A DNA stretch of 64,000 nt, taken from the NCBI RefSeq assembly GCF_009834535.1, contig NC_045696.1, positions 11,472,001-11,536,000 on the forward strand. Direction: 5' to 3'. The notes under the pieces are model-generated. The model ran no database searches. It was not told the origin of the DNA and saw only the letters and a program-made list of their open reading frames with translations. This document shows, one piece after another, positions 13,232 through 25,600 of this stretch; positions within the stretch are counted from its first letter, which is position 1, and each line of letters starts with the position of its first letter. The stretch comes from Camelus ferus. Lineage: Eukaryota. Made by a program: the position numbers and the translations under genes.

Positions 13232-16200
13232 GGACAGTGAAAAGTGATGAGTGAGCTGGGCCTGAGCAGCTCAAAGAGCCTGTGCCCAGCAGTGAGACTC
13301 CCACTCAGACTGCGTACAGCAATTCAGCTCCTGCGGACAGCAGCCATGGCATTTAATGAATGTTGCTACTTTGAATATTTGAGGGTCCTTTTTCATCTTG
13401 GTTAGATTTAACTTGTAAATTAGCTTTGGTTTTTCATTTGTACAGGACCCTAAATAAAAGGAGTTTAATTTTACATTTATGCCCAAGAAGTAAAATTTAA
13501 ATAAAAATGAGAAGTCAACATGAGGGGTTACCAAGAATGCTCTTCCTTTACAAGAAGAGTGGACGATACTCAAGTTTGACGAATGCTGCCCTATTACCTT
13601 TCGTATTTCCCTTTATCTTTAGGGATGCTGAGCGTCCTGTCACAGGTGGGGTGCCTAAAATAATGCAGGATGCTACAGGAGGTGGGGTGTTATGGTAATG
13701 GGGCAGGGATCCAACTGAAGGAGTTTGGCGAATGTAATATGGGAACAGAGGACCAACTCTAAAATCTTCATGAAGTTTCTTTCTTCAAAGAGTTCTTAAT
13801 ACATTAAACTGCGTGTCTTCTTGTCACCCCTGGCTACAAAAGATGACAAAAATCTCCTCCAGTTACTGCCCCTCTCTGCTACCTGGTGGTGACCACAGAT
13901 CAAGGAGAAGGATGCTTGTCTTAAAGACAGTGCTGGTGAACTCTGTGGTCAGACCAGGATCGAGCAAGTGGTTTTTACAGGCGTTCTAACTGATTATTTT
14001 ACCAAACTCCCTCCAGATTTCCATTTCTCTTGGAGGAATTTATCATCAACAGAAACGTCCCATATCTGTAAGGAGGACACAGCTGTTTCATCCAGCGTCT
14101 CTCATCTATAAAATGCAGTTAGTAACAACACCTGCTTCTTAGGTTGTACGTGGGTCAAATGAGCTAAGCCACAGAAAATGCTGAATGCTATGCCTGGCAA
14201 GAATTGAGTGCCTGATAAATGTGATCTGTTGTTTCATCACAAAACTTTCAAAAACAAGAGATAAAAAGCTGCAAATACATTTGTACCCTATTGCCAAAGA
14301 ATAACGGAAACCTTAATTAATTAAGTCACACAACCACAGGAGATTTTAAAAGGGAAACCAGATTGAGCATCTCAATTCCCCACCCCGGGAGTTTTCATAC
14401 ACGTTTCATATCTGGATAAAGAGAAATCTAGTCCCTTTGACTTTTCGGAAGTATGTGAGAATACCAAGGGGAAATGTGGAATGCAGTTTATAAACCTCCG
14501 TAATCCCGTAGAATTAGTAGGAGTTTCAAAACATGTTCAGAATTTCCTGATGTGCCTTTTGAAACATGGCCCAGGGGCTTTCGAGCTTCTCCACGGCAGA
14601 CGTGGGGCCCCCAAGAACCACAGATAGTTTTAAAGAAAGTGATGAGATGGCAACAAGCAAATATAATTCAGGGCTTTCCAAGCAGGAAGAAATAAGGGTG
14701 AGTCACTGATGGATGGAAGCAAATCCAAGGAGACTGGCCAGGTGGAATACTCCGAGGTCAAAAGAGAAAGAAAAGCTGATGCTGGAAGAAGAGAGAAAGG
14801 GGCCCCGGAAACGTAGATGTGGAATCTTTGGGATTAAATCAGGAGCCAAGTTGGGGTCCTGATATTTAGTCGGATACACAAAAATAATCCTTGGAGGAAA
14901 AGCCGGGGTATCACTCGGCATCTCTGAAAGGAAAGACCTGGAGACACAGCTCCCTGGAGAAGTCAGCCAGCAACTTTAACAAGACGCAAGGGACAAAGCA
15001 ACTGACAGAGGTGTGGTGTCAGGGGAGGGTGTGAATACTGGTTCTCAGGGGGCTGGTGGGCAGCCCACTCTATACCAGCGTGCAGCTGAGAGAGCCTTCA
15101 GCCAACACAACTTATTTCTGCGTGATTCTTCAAGAAACTGCCTTGGAAAAATTAAAAACAACTCTCTGCCTAAAGGCAATATCCTTCCATCTTTCAGTAT
15201 CAACTTTCAGTACAACTTCCGCTTTAACGTCTTAAAAGCAGATTGGGAACAGATCCACCCGTTTGGAAAATCTCAAACTTCACGACTTCCCCGTTAAATG
15301 GTCTGTGTTCAGCAAGAATTTATTTTCTTGTGGATTTTAAGAGTCCCCCCCACCCACTCCTTTCTTCCTTTCCCCCTTCTGTTTTAAATGCACATGCTAG
15401 CAACAAAAACAAAAAGCAAACAACAACAACAAAAAAGTCTCGGATTTTATAACTGAAAAATCTCAGAAGCTAAATAAATCTTCTCTTTTAAAAGTCAGAA
15501 GCCCTAAAGGACCTAAAAGAAGCCATCAGCCTCCTCTTTCTGCCTCCTTCTCCTGCTACTTTCATTTTAAGGGGGTGTGAATGGAGAGGAGGCGCTATTT
15601 TGCCATATTTTGCCCTTGGAAGTAGCTGATGGTGTCTGGTAGTATTTTTACAAAACACGGCCTGAGGACTGGAACAGATTCTCCCACCCTCCCTCCTGAA
15701 TGCTTAGGCCTATATGGGGATAGTAGGGCTGGAAACAAGATGGTGCCCTCGGCCAACTTGTCTACCCAAAGGGACAGTGCTGGGACAGAGGCTTTTCTCA
15801 CAAGGTGAAAACAGACCCAGTGATCGCAGGAAGGTGGTCTGGGCATATCAGTACGACATTCCACTAAGCACCAGGACTTCACACAAACGCTTCCGCCACC
15901 TCACACATCCACATGAGACCAAAGAGCAGCTTTGGTGAAAAAAATGTTGCATTCTCAATCCTTCCAGGATAGAATTCTCAATTCCTGTTTTCCTTATCCT
16001 TAGAGACTCACCAAAGTTCTCAAAAGGCCATTGTAATATTCTGAAAATTAAGTTAATTTTGATTCTTTTCGTTTAAAAAGTACATCTGCATTAAAGTTCT
16101 TTTTTTAATTAGCATATATGCCACTCTGAGGACAAGTCAGTTAGCAATAAAAAAGGTTCGCTGCACCAGAATGAACATTTTATTTTTGTGTCTGAAATTT

Positions 16201-17090
16201 CAAAATCCATTAGAGATAGAGATATTTCATTCACACGGACTAAGGGAAAGAAGTGAATGAATGTAAAAACATTCATATATGATTCCAAATATGAAAACAA
16301 TGACCACTGAAAATAATGGGAAACCCTCAAGATAGCAGGTGTCCATCTTCCATTTCCTGATTCACTAGATGAGGAGGATCTTGGGGGTCCCCATTTGTGG
16401 GGAGGAGCTTTCTTTAGCAAGGTTTCCTTGAATGACAAGCTGGTTTTCTTCCTAAGTCAGTCTCGGAAGTCTTGAAGAAAGGCCCATTTGTCTGCCAAGG
16501 TCCAAAAAAAATTCTGGAGACAAGAGTTTGCTTTTGATTTTGGAAGTGAACCCTTCATTCTGTCGTTGTTTCAGAGCAATAAAAAGGGATGTTTTAAAAT
16601 AACAGTGCCTGACCCGGGGAGAAGATCGGTCCACTTTCATTCTCTTTTTAAACAGCCTTTAAAATTAAATTCTTTTTGGGTCTTCCATTTCCAATTCTGG
16701 CAGCAAAGTCGTGGGCACCAAAGAGAAACCTAACCAGTTTTCCAGACACAGACCCGACCAGTTTCTCAGACATAACACCCCAAACCGGTGGAAAATTGAA
16801 TTCTTAAAGAAGGCTCTGAAGTTTTGTTTTCTCCAAGATGAAGAGCAAGAGGAAACAGATTTTTCACATCTTCTTGACTTTGCATAGGCTGTTCCCTCTG
16901 CCTGGAAAGTTTCCTTTCCTGTTGTCCACCTGGAAAAGTCCACCTCACCCATCAGGAGCAGATTCAACTCTCTTCTGATCCTTCTTGAATTTAAGCTAGC
17001 TGGGGGCTTTGTTTGTTCTCTGCACTGTGCCTCCTGACATCCCCGCTTTGTTTTCAGGTGTGACTTACAGGTCATCTACCTACAAGCAGG

Positions 17091-17445
17091 TATCTTGGTC
17101 AACTCAGGCTGCCATAATAAAATTCCACAGACAGGGTAGTTTAACCATCAGAAATTTATTTTCTCACAGTTCTGGAGGCTGGAAATCAGGGTGCCAGCAA
17201 GGCCAGGTTCTGGTAAGGTCTCTTTTCCGGGCTTGTAGGCAGCCGCCTTCTCCCTGTGTCCTCACACTGTCAGAGAGTGAGCGAGCTCTCCGGAGCCTCT
17301 TCTTATAAGAACGCTAATCCCATCGTGAAGGCTTCACCCTCATGACCTTCCCCCCAAAGGCCCCACCTCCAAATACAAACACTTTTGGGGGTTAGGGCTT
17401 CAACATATGAATTGTGGCAGGGGGGACATGATTCAGTCCATAGCA
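17091..17445 (-). mobile_element. MaLR solo LTR (MLT1A-like)
   Basis: ctcacagttctggaggctgg core; ends attcagtccatagca. Confidence 0.85.
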
Positions 17446-17488
17446 ATAGATGAGTGTGTTCAATTGCCAAAAAAAAAAAGGCCACAGT

Positions 17489-17580
17489 GGGGAGGGTAAT
17501 AGCTCAGTGGTAGAGCACATGCTTAGCATGCACGAGGGCCTGGGTTCCATCCCCAGTGCCTCCGTTAAGGGGGGAAAAAA
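17489..17580 (+). mobile_element. tRNA-Ala-derived SINE (Vic-1-like)
   Basis: GGGGAGGGTAATAGCTCAGTGGTAGAGC...GGTTCCATCCCCAGTGCCTCC; flanks aaaaggccacag / aaaagccacgg. Confidence 0.9.
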
Positions 17581-17584
17581 GCCA

Positions 17585-17770
17585 CGGATGTCTTGCCACT
17601 CCCTCCATCAAGGGGTGGAGTCTACCTCTCGTCTTGATGCTGGGCTCGGCCATGCCATCTGCTTCACCCAAAGAGACGTAAGCAAATGTGACACAGAGGC
17701 CTCTTGAAAAGTGCTTATGCTCCAAGGCTTGTCCTCTCTTACTCCAGGGACTCTTCCAGCATCATGTGAA
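17585..17770 (+). mobile_element. MaLR LTR fragment (MLT1F/G/H-like)
   Basis: cctccatcaaggggtggagtcta...gcaaatgtgacacag. Confidence 0.5.
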
Positions 17771-18084
17771 CGAAGTTCTACTTGTGGTTTTCTTTTGCTT
17801 CTGGTTTTCATGCAGCCAATAATGTATGGCCTACTGGGGACAGCCAGGACTGAGACTGTGGTTTATTGATCTGACCATGGAGTGACCTCTGTTGGGAGGA
17901 CTGACGGAGACTTACACTCCACTGTTGGGAGAAGGATGATGAAGACTTCAGTTAGTCCGTTTCATCTGTCAATTAGCGAACTTGATTCAGTAAAGGAAAT
18001 ATTTCATGTACCCTGGGAAGGAGAATGGCTCTTGGGATCTGGCGTGGTGAGTTTTTACTCCCCTTGGACCTTTCCTGAGATCAC

Positions 18085-18470
18085 AGAGCTTAAACAACAG
18101 AAATGCATCACCTCGCAGTGCTGGAGGCTCAACGTCTGAGAAGCAGGTGTCGGCAGGGTTGGTTTTCCTGAGGCCATGAGGGAGACTCTGTCCCTGCTGG
18201 TCCCCAAGCTTCTGGCAGGCTGCTGGCCATCTCTGGCTCCTTGGTTTGGAGATGTGTCATCTGATTCGTGCCTTCATCTTCACATGGCCTTCTCCCTGGG
18301 TCTCTCTGTGTCCAAACTTCCTCTTTATAAAAGGACACAGTCATGCTGGACTAGGGTTCACCCTCATGACCTCGTTTAATTAATTAAAGACCCTGTTTCC
18401 AAGTAAGGTCACATTCTGAGGGACTGGGGTTTAGAGTTCCAACATATCTTTTTCTGAAGAACACATAACA
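18085..18470 (-). mobile_element. MaLR solo LTR (MLT1C-like)
   Basis: gcttaaacaacagaaatg...ccaagtaaggtcacattctgagg. Confidence 0.8.
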
Positions 18471-18678
18471 TTTTGTTACCCACCTGCTTACGAGCATCCA
18501 ATGGCCTCTCATTCCCTTTAGGACAAAGTCCAAACCCACACCTTACCCTCCATCCACAGCCTCCACACATCCTGTTCCGTCTGCCTAGAGCCTTCCCCCA
18601 ACACCTCCCTCCTCCCATAGCTGAGTCCTCCTCATCCTTAGGATTTGACATTGAGGTCTTCTCAAGAGGCCTCCCCCG

Positions 18679-19346
18679 AATGTAATTTGGTGCAGCCACT
18701 ATGGAAAACAGTATGGAGATTCCTTAAAAAACTAAAAATAGATTTACCATATGATCCAGCCATCCCACTCCTGGGCGTATACCCAGAGAGAACTCTAATT
18801 CGAAAAGATGCATGCACCCCAATGTTCGTAGCAGCACTATTTACAATAGCCAAGACACAGAAGCAAACTAAATGTCCACTAACAGATGAATGAATAAAGA
18901 TGTGGTATATATATATACTGGACTACTACTCGGCCATAAAAAAAGAATGAAATAATGTCATTTGCAGCAACATGGACGGACCCAGAGATGATCATACTGA
19001 GTGAAATAAGTTAGAGAAAGACACATATCATATGATATCACCTATAGGTGGAATCTAAAAAAATGACACAAATGAACACAAAAGAGACTCATAGACATAG
19101 AGAACAAACTTATGGTTACTAAAAGGAAAGGGGGCAGGGATAAATTAGGAGTCTGGGATTAGCAGATATAAACTACTGTACATAAAATAGATAAACAACA
19201 AGGTCCTACTGTATAGGACAGGGAACTATATTCAATATCTTGCAGTAACTTAATATGAAAAAGAATATATATATATAACTGAATCACTTTGAGGTACACC
19301 AGAAACTAACACAACCTTGTAAATCAACTATACTTCAATAAAAAAA
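18679..19346 (+). mobile_element. 5'-truncated L1, relatively young
   Basis: Encodes the ORF2 C-terminus [30 protein letters not shown]; 3'UTR ends aactatacttcaataaaaaaa; degenerate TSD aggcctcccccgaat / aggccacccaat; interrupts an L2-like relic. Confidence 0.93.
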
Positions 19347-19529
19347 GGCCACCCAATCCTCGTTCCCTGCATCCCCCATCACCCACTTCCTTCACAGCAG
19401 TGACCACACTGAATTTACAACTTAAAAAAAAAATTTTGTCCGTCTGCCCCACTAAAATGTAAACCCTCCAAGAAGAAGGACAACAACACAGGAGGAGCAG
19501 CAGAGGGTGATGAGGCAGACTCGAGCCCA

Positions 19530-19705
19530 ACCAGCTGGTTGAGTCCTGGCTCTCTCACACACCAGCTGTATTATCTGGGCACGGGCGTCAGTGTCCTCAT
19601 CTGTAAAGTGGGACAACAGAGCATTCCCTCGAAGCGTTGTTAGGCAGGTGAGATGAGCTGAAACATGCAAAGCCCTTAGGACACTGCCCATCACTCAGTC
19701 GGAGG
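19530..19705 (+). mobile_element. MIR SINE relic (further MIR-like relics near 14100, 34650, 47130, 53200, 56800)
   Basis: tcagtgtcctcatctgtaaagtggga core. Confidence 0.7.
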
Positions 19706-21537
19706 GTGTGAGGGTTAACAATGATCATCACAGGAGCAGAACAGACCGAGGCTGTCTTTCTCACCATTGTGCATTCAGAACTCGGCTCAGCGCCTGGCTC
19801 CACGAATATTTGCCGAATGAACAAATTTCTAGTAAGCCAACATTTGGCTCATGCAGCTTCCTTTTGTTTTTTTTTAAGCTTCATCAACAGCTTCTAAAAA
19901 GGGCCTAGTTTATATCATCCCCATGAATTAGGTGTGGGTCATGGGGTCTCACCCCCTAGGATGGAGTCGGCTAACACAGGGTTGCTCCAGGCAAACCTCA
20001 TTTCTAACAAAGATTAAAACACGGTCCTTTGTGGCTGAGCAAGGGTAAAACTCTCCACCCCAACTCCCTGCCACAGGGCACCCAAACAGGGACTTGTGGG
20101 GCTGTGGTTTCCGGTCTACCTGGAAATCCCATGTGGGACTCCGGAGCTTTGCCGCGATGGACAGAAGACCAGAGTGTGTACAGTGCATTACTGTGTATCA
20201 AAGGCTTTTGCATACATTACTTGATGGCATCATGACTAAGAATAAGGCCTGATTAGAGCTTTCAGGAGATCTTCAGCTGCAAGTCACCTTCTTAAAAAAA
20301 AATGCAATTAAGTGGAGGTTAGTAAAGGCCTCAGTGTTGGTTACAAGGCCAGGTGCTCTCCTGCAGCTCTGACGATTCACACACTCCTTCCTTCTACCAG
20401 CAGCTCTAGACCTTTTGGAGATGCCACGGACTGGAAAGGTCCCCCTTACACAGGCTGAGTCTCATCACCATGACAACCGGTGATGACACTGTATTGTCCA
20501 TTCCCCTCAAGAGCAGGATCTCAGGAGCACACTGTAACCTCCTCTCCAACCTACCGACCTTTCTTTCCCTTTGATCACTATGCCGCCCACCCTGTTCCCT
20601 GTTGCCATAGTTATGAGACACCCCTGTACTTCCTCGTCTTTCAGACGCCCCATTCTCCATAGCCTTCTTTTTGGCACATAAATTTTCTCTTTCAGAGTTT
20701 CCCATTTAGCATAAATAAGTTATACCTAAGGGAAGAAGGTGATTATAGACTCAAAACAGCTCTATTCATTCATGAATAAATAAATATTTATTGAGAACAG
20801 ATTATGTGCCAGACACTTATGAGACCAAGAATGGATTCCACCTGTATATTGACTCTAATCCACTGGTGTCGGCTGTCTGGAGGGCTATGTTGAGAAGGAT
20901 TCTGAGGCCCATCTGGGCACCATATAAAAACTCTGTGATTAGCGATGCCGCCCAAGCCACCCGGGGCACCTCAAAAGAGAAGGTGTCCTCTGCCGCTGCT
21001 CCCTGCTATCACTCCCACCCACCCCGGCGACCCCTGTCCCCCTTCCTGCACAAGTCATCAGCACCCACACACTCCATATGCAGCCTCCACTACACCTCCT
21101 CTCGAGAGGTAGGAAAAGAAACCAGGAGCTCAGGCTCAAGCACAAAGCACAGCTCCGCCGTGTGCAGGCCGTGTGTCCCGGGGCTGCACTAACCACTGAG
21201 CATCCCCCGTCTGTGTAAAGCATGCTGAGATGGCCTCACACACTGTCCTGAGGACCACGGGGGACAGTTAACTCCATGCACTCAGCAGCTGTCCCTGACT
21301 AACCCACTTCAGCCCCTGGCTGAACAGGCTAAGCTGGGGTGCCGGGGAGAGCTGGTCCTTTCTGGGAAAGTTCCAAGAATTCTGGTGCCCTCAGAATGGC
21401 ATTCTTATCTCTGGTTCCTCTGAATAATCTCCAACCAGAACTTCCTGAAGTCCCCTCACTGGGTCACTTTCCTTTGCTTCCTCTGCCAACTTTAGCCCAG
21501 ATCCTCCGGCTTCAGCTCACCTGGACCAAATGCCTGT

Positions 21538-21632
21538 CCCTCCTTCCCTTCCTCCCTTCCCTCCTTTTTTCCCTTCCTCCCTTTTTTCCTCCCTTCCTCC
21601 CTTCCCTCCTTCCTTCATTATTTCCTTCCTCT
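21538..21632 (+). repeat. Degenerate (CCTT)n polypyrimidine tract
   Basis: Read directly. Confidence 0.85.
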
Positions 21633-21764
21633 CCAGCCAAGGTTCTATGCTGGGTGCTGAGAAATCCCTGGAACAACAAGAGATGGACCCTGCATGGTGA
21701 CACTGGATTAACACTGGAACATGGGACTGGACAGGCCATTTGAATGACCAGGAAACGGCATTTC

Positions 21765-22055
21765 AGGCAAAAGTAATAGAGAGTGCTTGCCAGAGGGAAG
21801 GGGGTGGGAGGTGGGGCAAAATAGGTGAAGGGGACTAGGAGGTCCAAACTTCTAATTCTAAAATGAGTAAGTCACAGGAATGTAATGTACAGCATGGGGA
21901 ATATAGTCAATCACATTGCAATAACTTTGTATGGTGACAGGTGGTGACCAGACTTACTGTGGGGATCAATTCATAATATATATAAATGTCACATCGCTAT
22001 GTTGTACACCTGAAACTAATATAACATCAACTATATTTCAATAAAAGAAAAGAAA
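21765..22055 (+). mobile_element. L1 3'UTR fragment (L1MA-like)
   Basis: gtaatgtacagcatggggaatatagtcaat...tgtacacctgaaactaatata...aataaaa. Confidence 0.85.
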
Positions 22056-22535
22056 TAGCAAGTGCATAGACCAGAAGTAGAGAAGATAAAACAGGCCAAC
22101 GTGTCTGAAGAACCGGGAGCTGAGGGTGGGGTGGTGGGTGAAGAGGCAGGAGGGGTGGGCAAAAGCCAGACCCGCAAGGAGCGTGGCTGGGCACCGAGTC
22201 TGGGTTTGACGCTGATGTTGATGGAAACCTTTGGGAGACTTTGATCCGGGGAAGGACATGAGTGATGCATGAAACCAGCACATGATCTCGGCGAGTGCAG
22301 GGCAATGTTTGCTTCTCCCTGGGCACCTTAACAAATTTTAATAAAAGCCTCTTGGGCAATTTGTGGATAAAAGACAGAAAGAACAGAGATGGAAAGTGGG
22401 ACCCCAAAGAATCACTGGATACACATCCCAGAGCCTATAACTCATTCTCATCAAACACTCAAATGTTGTTTCATAAGAAGGAGACGGTGGAGACAGCAGG
22501 AGGGAGCATTCACTCTCAGAAGCTCAATAACTCAC

Positions 22536-22671
22536 ATGGACCAGACATCGATTTTGGGGCCATATTTCTTCCTGGCAAGGAGTTCGGGAGCGGCGTAGGC
22601 AGGGCTGCCACACTGCGTGCTGAACGGGTCGGAGTGGCCCAGGATCCCGGCACAGTTGCTCAAACCAAAGT
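22536..22671 (-). CDS. HUNK: HUNK coding exon (exon 4, 136 nt): [46 protein letters not shown]
   Basis: Translated by hand (absent from the ORF track): DFG...APE activation segment and DVWS; tttgcag|AC acceptor, TCCAT|gtgagt donor. Confidence 0.97.
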
Positions 22672-25600
22672 CTGCAAAGAGGGGAGGAAAAAAGGCTCTG
22701 AATTAGAAAACTGTGGAAGTGAAGGAGAGGGTGAGGCAGCGGGGCAGGAAACATTCTCAGGCTAACACATCGTTTCACATCCAAAAGGAAAACCAGCAGC
22801 TGGGAATCATAACCTCTGGATATGGGTCTCAAGACAAAAGAATCTCAGGCAGTGGTTCCCTCGCTGAACTGGAAACAGTTTCCATCAGGCCTCCCAGGAA
22901 AATCCAACTCGAGCTAAAACGTATGTTGAACCAAAACATATTTTCATCAAATCTTGGAAATGAGTCATCCAGAAAAAAGATAGTCTTCGCTTTCGAGGAC
23001 TAAGGCAGGAAGAGAGAACACGCAGAAGTCCTTGGAGTCAGCCTGCTGGCTTCCAACTGGCCAAGTGGGAAAAAGATGAAGGAAGATCGATTTTCTCTGG
23101 CTGGCACTAGTGTCATCCCAGGTGACATGCGATCCTACCAGTTAAGAGGTGACTTTTGCGGCTGAATGTTTTCATTTCATGCAAGTCTCTTAAAAATGCT
23201 CCCAACGCATGCGGCAACATATGGTGATTTGAAGAGGGGGAAAAAATACACCCAGTGATTCAGACAATGCTGAATGTTGGCTGGAAAAATAACGCCAGAA
23301 AAGATAGCAATGAGAACCAGACTAAGTGACCTCCCAGCACTGCTTTGATCCTGGCAGCGGGGAAGAAGAAAGACGAGCCCAGGGCACCTAAAGGGTCCGT
23401 TACGCCTTTTGTGCTGTGTTTACTTCTGCTCTTACAGACTCGGCAACTGACAGGTAATTAGAGAGCTGTTAGTGTCAGGGCCTCATCTGATAGCTTTCCT
23501 CTATCTTTGTTGATCTCAGAATTAAGACCAGGGCTCCTCCTTTGAACTTCAATGTAAATATTATGGTTCTGGTCCCCAAACAGAAGACTCAGCCCACAGG
23601 GCTCAGTCAGAAAGGGGCTGTGGTCAAAGACAGGCTTCACGTCTGGACAAAACCCTCGTACTTTCTCAACTGGCAGGATTTACATCTAATTTTGTTACTG
23701 TGTTTTTCTCCTCGACTTTAACACGTCTCCACCTGCAAAGCCGTGGCTCTTGGGAAAGCTGTAGGAAAGCTCAGGAAAGGAGAAACATCGGTAGGGCGGC
23801 AGGTAGAGCTGTGAGTCCACGAAGTTACAAGATGCACCGCTAAGAGTCCTCCCGACAGTCGTTGGGTTAAGCTGTATAGTCAAAGAGCGTTTCTAAACGG
23901 AACCCCATACTTGGAACGAAGAATCAGAGCCAAGACGGGGACTGGCAAACCAACCAGGAATGCTGCCTGTTCACACACTTTTCTTTTGGGGTTGGGGTTG
24001 GAGGGGAGGGGGTGTATGATTTTATTTTTGCCTCTTAACCTCCCTCCTCCTCTCTTCCTCTGCTCCCAGTTCTTCCACTCCCACCCTCACCTGGCCCCCG
24101 TTTCCTTTCCCATCAGCCCAGTCAGCACCAGTAGGCCCCACACAACCTGCCAAAAAGGCCCTTCATGAGTCCCAAGGCTCTCTTGGATTTGTATTTTAGG
24201 AGGAGATTGCTGTTCAAAAGGATCTGAGGGCCCCTGATCTCAGGCCCCACCCCGTAGTATCACGGAAGTGGGAGAAGGGTGTGGTCGGAAGTAGAAAATC
24301 TTGTTGAGCTTTACATTGAATGGCCCTTTACAATTCCTAAAGGAAACTGAAGGAAACAGCCAACGCGTAAAGAGCGCCCTCTATGGTGAGACGGAGACAT
24401 AGCACCAAGGAATAAAGATTATATTAACTGGGGCAACATTTTAAGGAAATTTTCATAAACAGTGATTTAGAGCCCAATCTCCTAGGAGCCCCTAAAAACC
24501 TCCCTTCCTAATCTCCATGGGGTTCCATTAACTCCTTCAGTTTCTTCCCTCAACTTTTGACTTGGGTCTACGACAAAGCGACAAAGCGCTTGATTTTACA
24601 AAAGGGCAGGGGAGGAGAGATAAGAGGCCAGATCACCCCCCAGGCTCCCAGGCAAGCTTGCTAACACAGCGTCTTGCCTTGTCTTAAGCACAGTTTCAAG
24701 AAGATAAATTAGCCGAGGATCTGGGGAATGAAGAAGATAAAAATCTACATTCTAAGTGACCTATGTTGACCCAGCCAAAAGGGCTTAATTTAAAATACAC
24801 TGTAGAGGAATAACTGGTATGTTTCACATGCTTAATTGTAAGCATTAAAGTTTTACACATATGCCTATAATTAGAGTTGTGGAATGAGGGAGAAGTTCGC
24901 CTCCCCATAATGCCACACTGGTCTGCCTCAATTAGATTTGGTAAACACATAAGCCAATTACCACTCAATTTTCTAAGAGCTACAAAATGAATCTCAAAAA
25001 ATGCCCCAACGAACGCTGTTTTGGAAAACTGAAGTGCAAAACTGTTGTAAGTTGTGGCTCTTACATTTTAAGATTACACTAAACTAAAAACATCAGCTTG
25101 CTTTTTTTTTTTTTTTTAAGGAGGGGGAACCCTGATTATATCAAATCTTATTCTGGTTAATTCTAGTTAACTTGAAACACGGCTTACATGGCTTAAGTAA
25201 ATTTATTTAAATCAAATTATTTCAAAGAAAGAGAAACTATTAAGAGAAAATGCTAATAGCTATAATTAACCTTTGAATAAGCAACTAGGTAATCCCTTTG
25301 AAGAAAAGGTTCAAAGGGCTTTCAAGTTGCAAAGAGACAGTTGTGGAGGCATTTGCTCCAAATTGCCCAACCCAGGGACAAGAAAGCCCACAAGACACTG
25401 GGCCTTCCTTGCCTCCAGCACTTTTCCTTCCCTCCTCCAGCCTACTCTGTAAGAAAAAATGAGGGAATGCAGATTCTGCTAAACTAAAGGCAGTTCGCAG
25501 CTGCCCTCTGGGATGGCAGAATGTCTCTTTCCATTGAGTTGTGCCTTAGCGCTCTTGGGTTTGAGCTGGTCAGGAGAGAACTGGGCGCCAAGTGAAAAGT

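Noticed and set aside
17489..17563. tRNA-Ala gene calls for this and the five similar copies
   Set aside because: Extra GGGGAGGG 5' end, A-rich tails, TSDs and stem mismatches mark them as SINEs
18645..18893. 82-aa ORF as a gene
   Set aside because: Remnant of the L1 ORF2 C-terminus in a truncated element
22295..22832. ORF-track proteins overlapping exon 4
   Set aside because: Wrong strand or frame; the real frame is the DFG-APE exon
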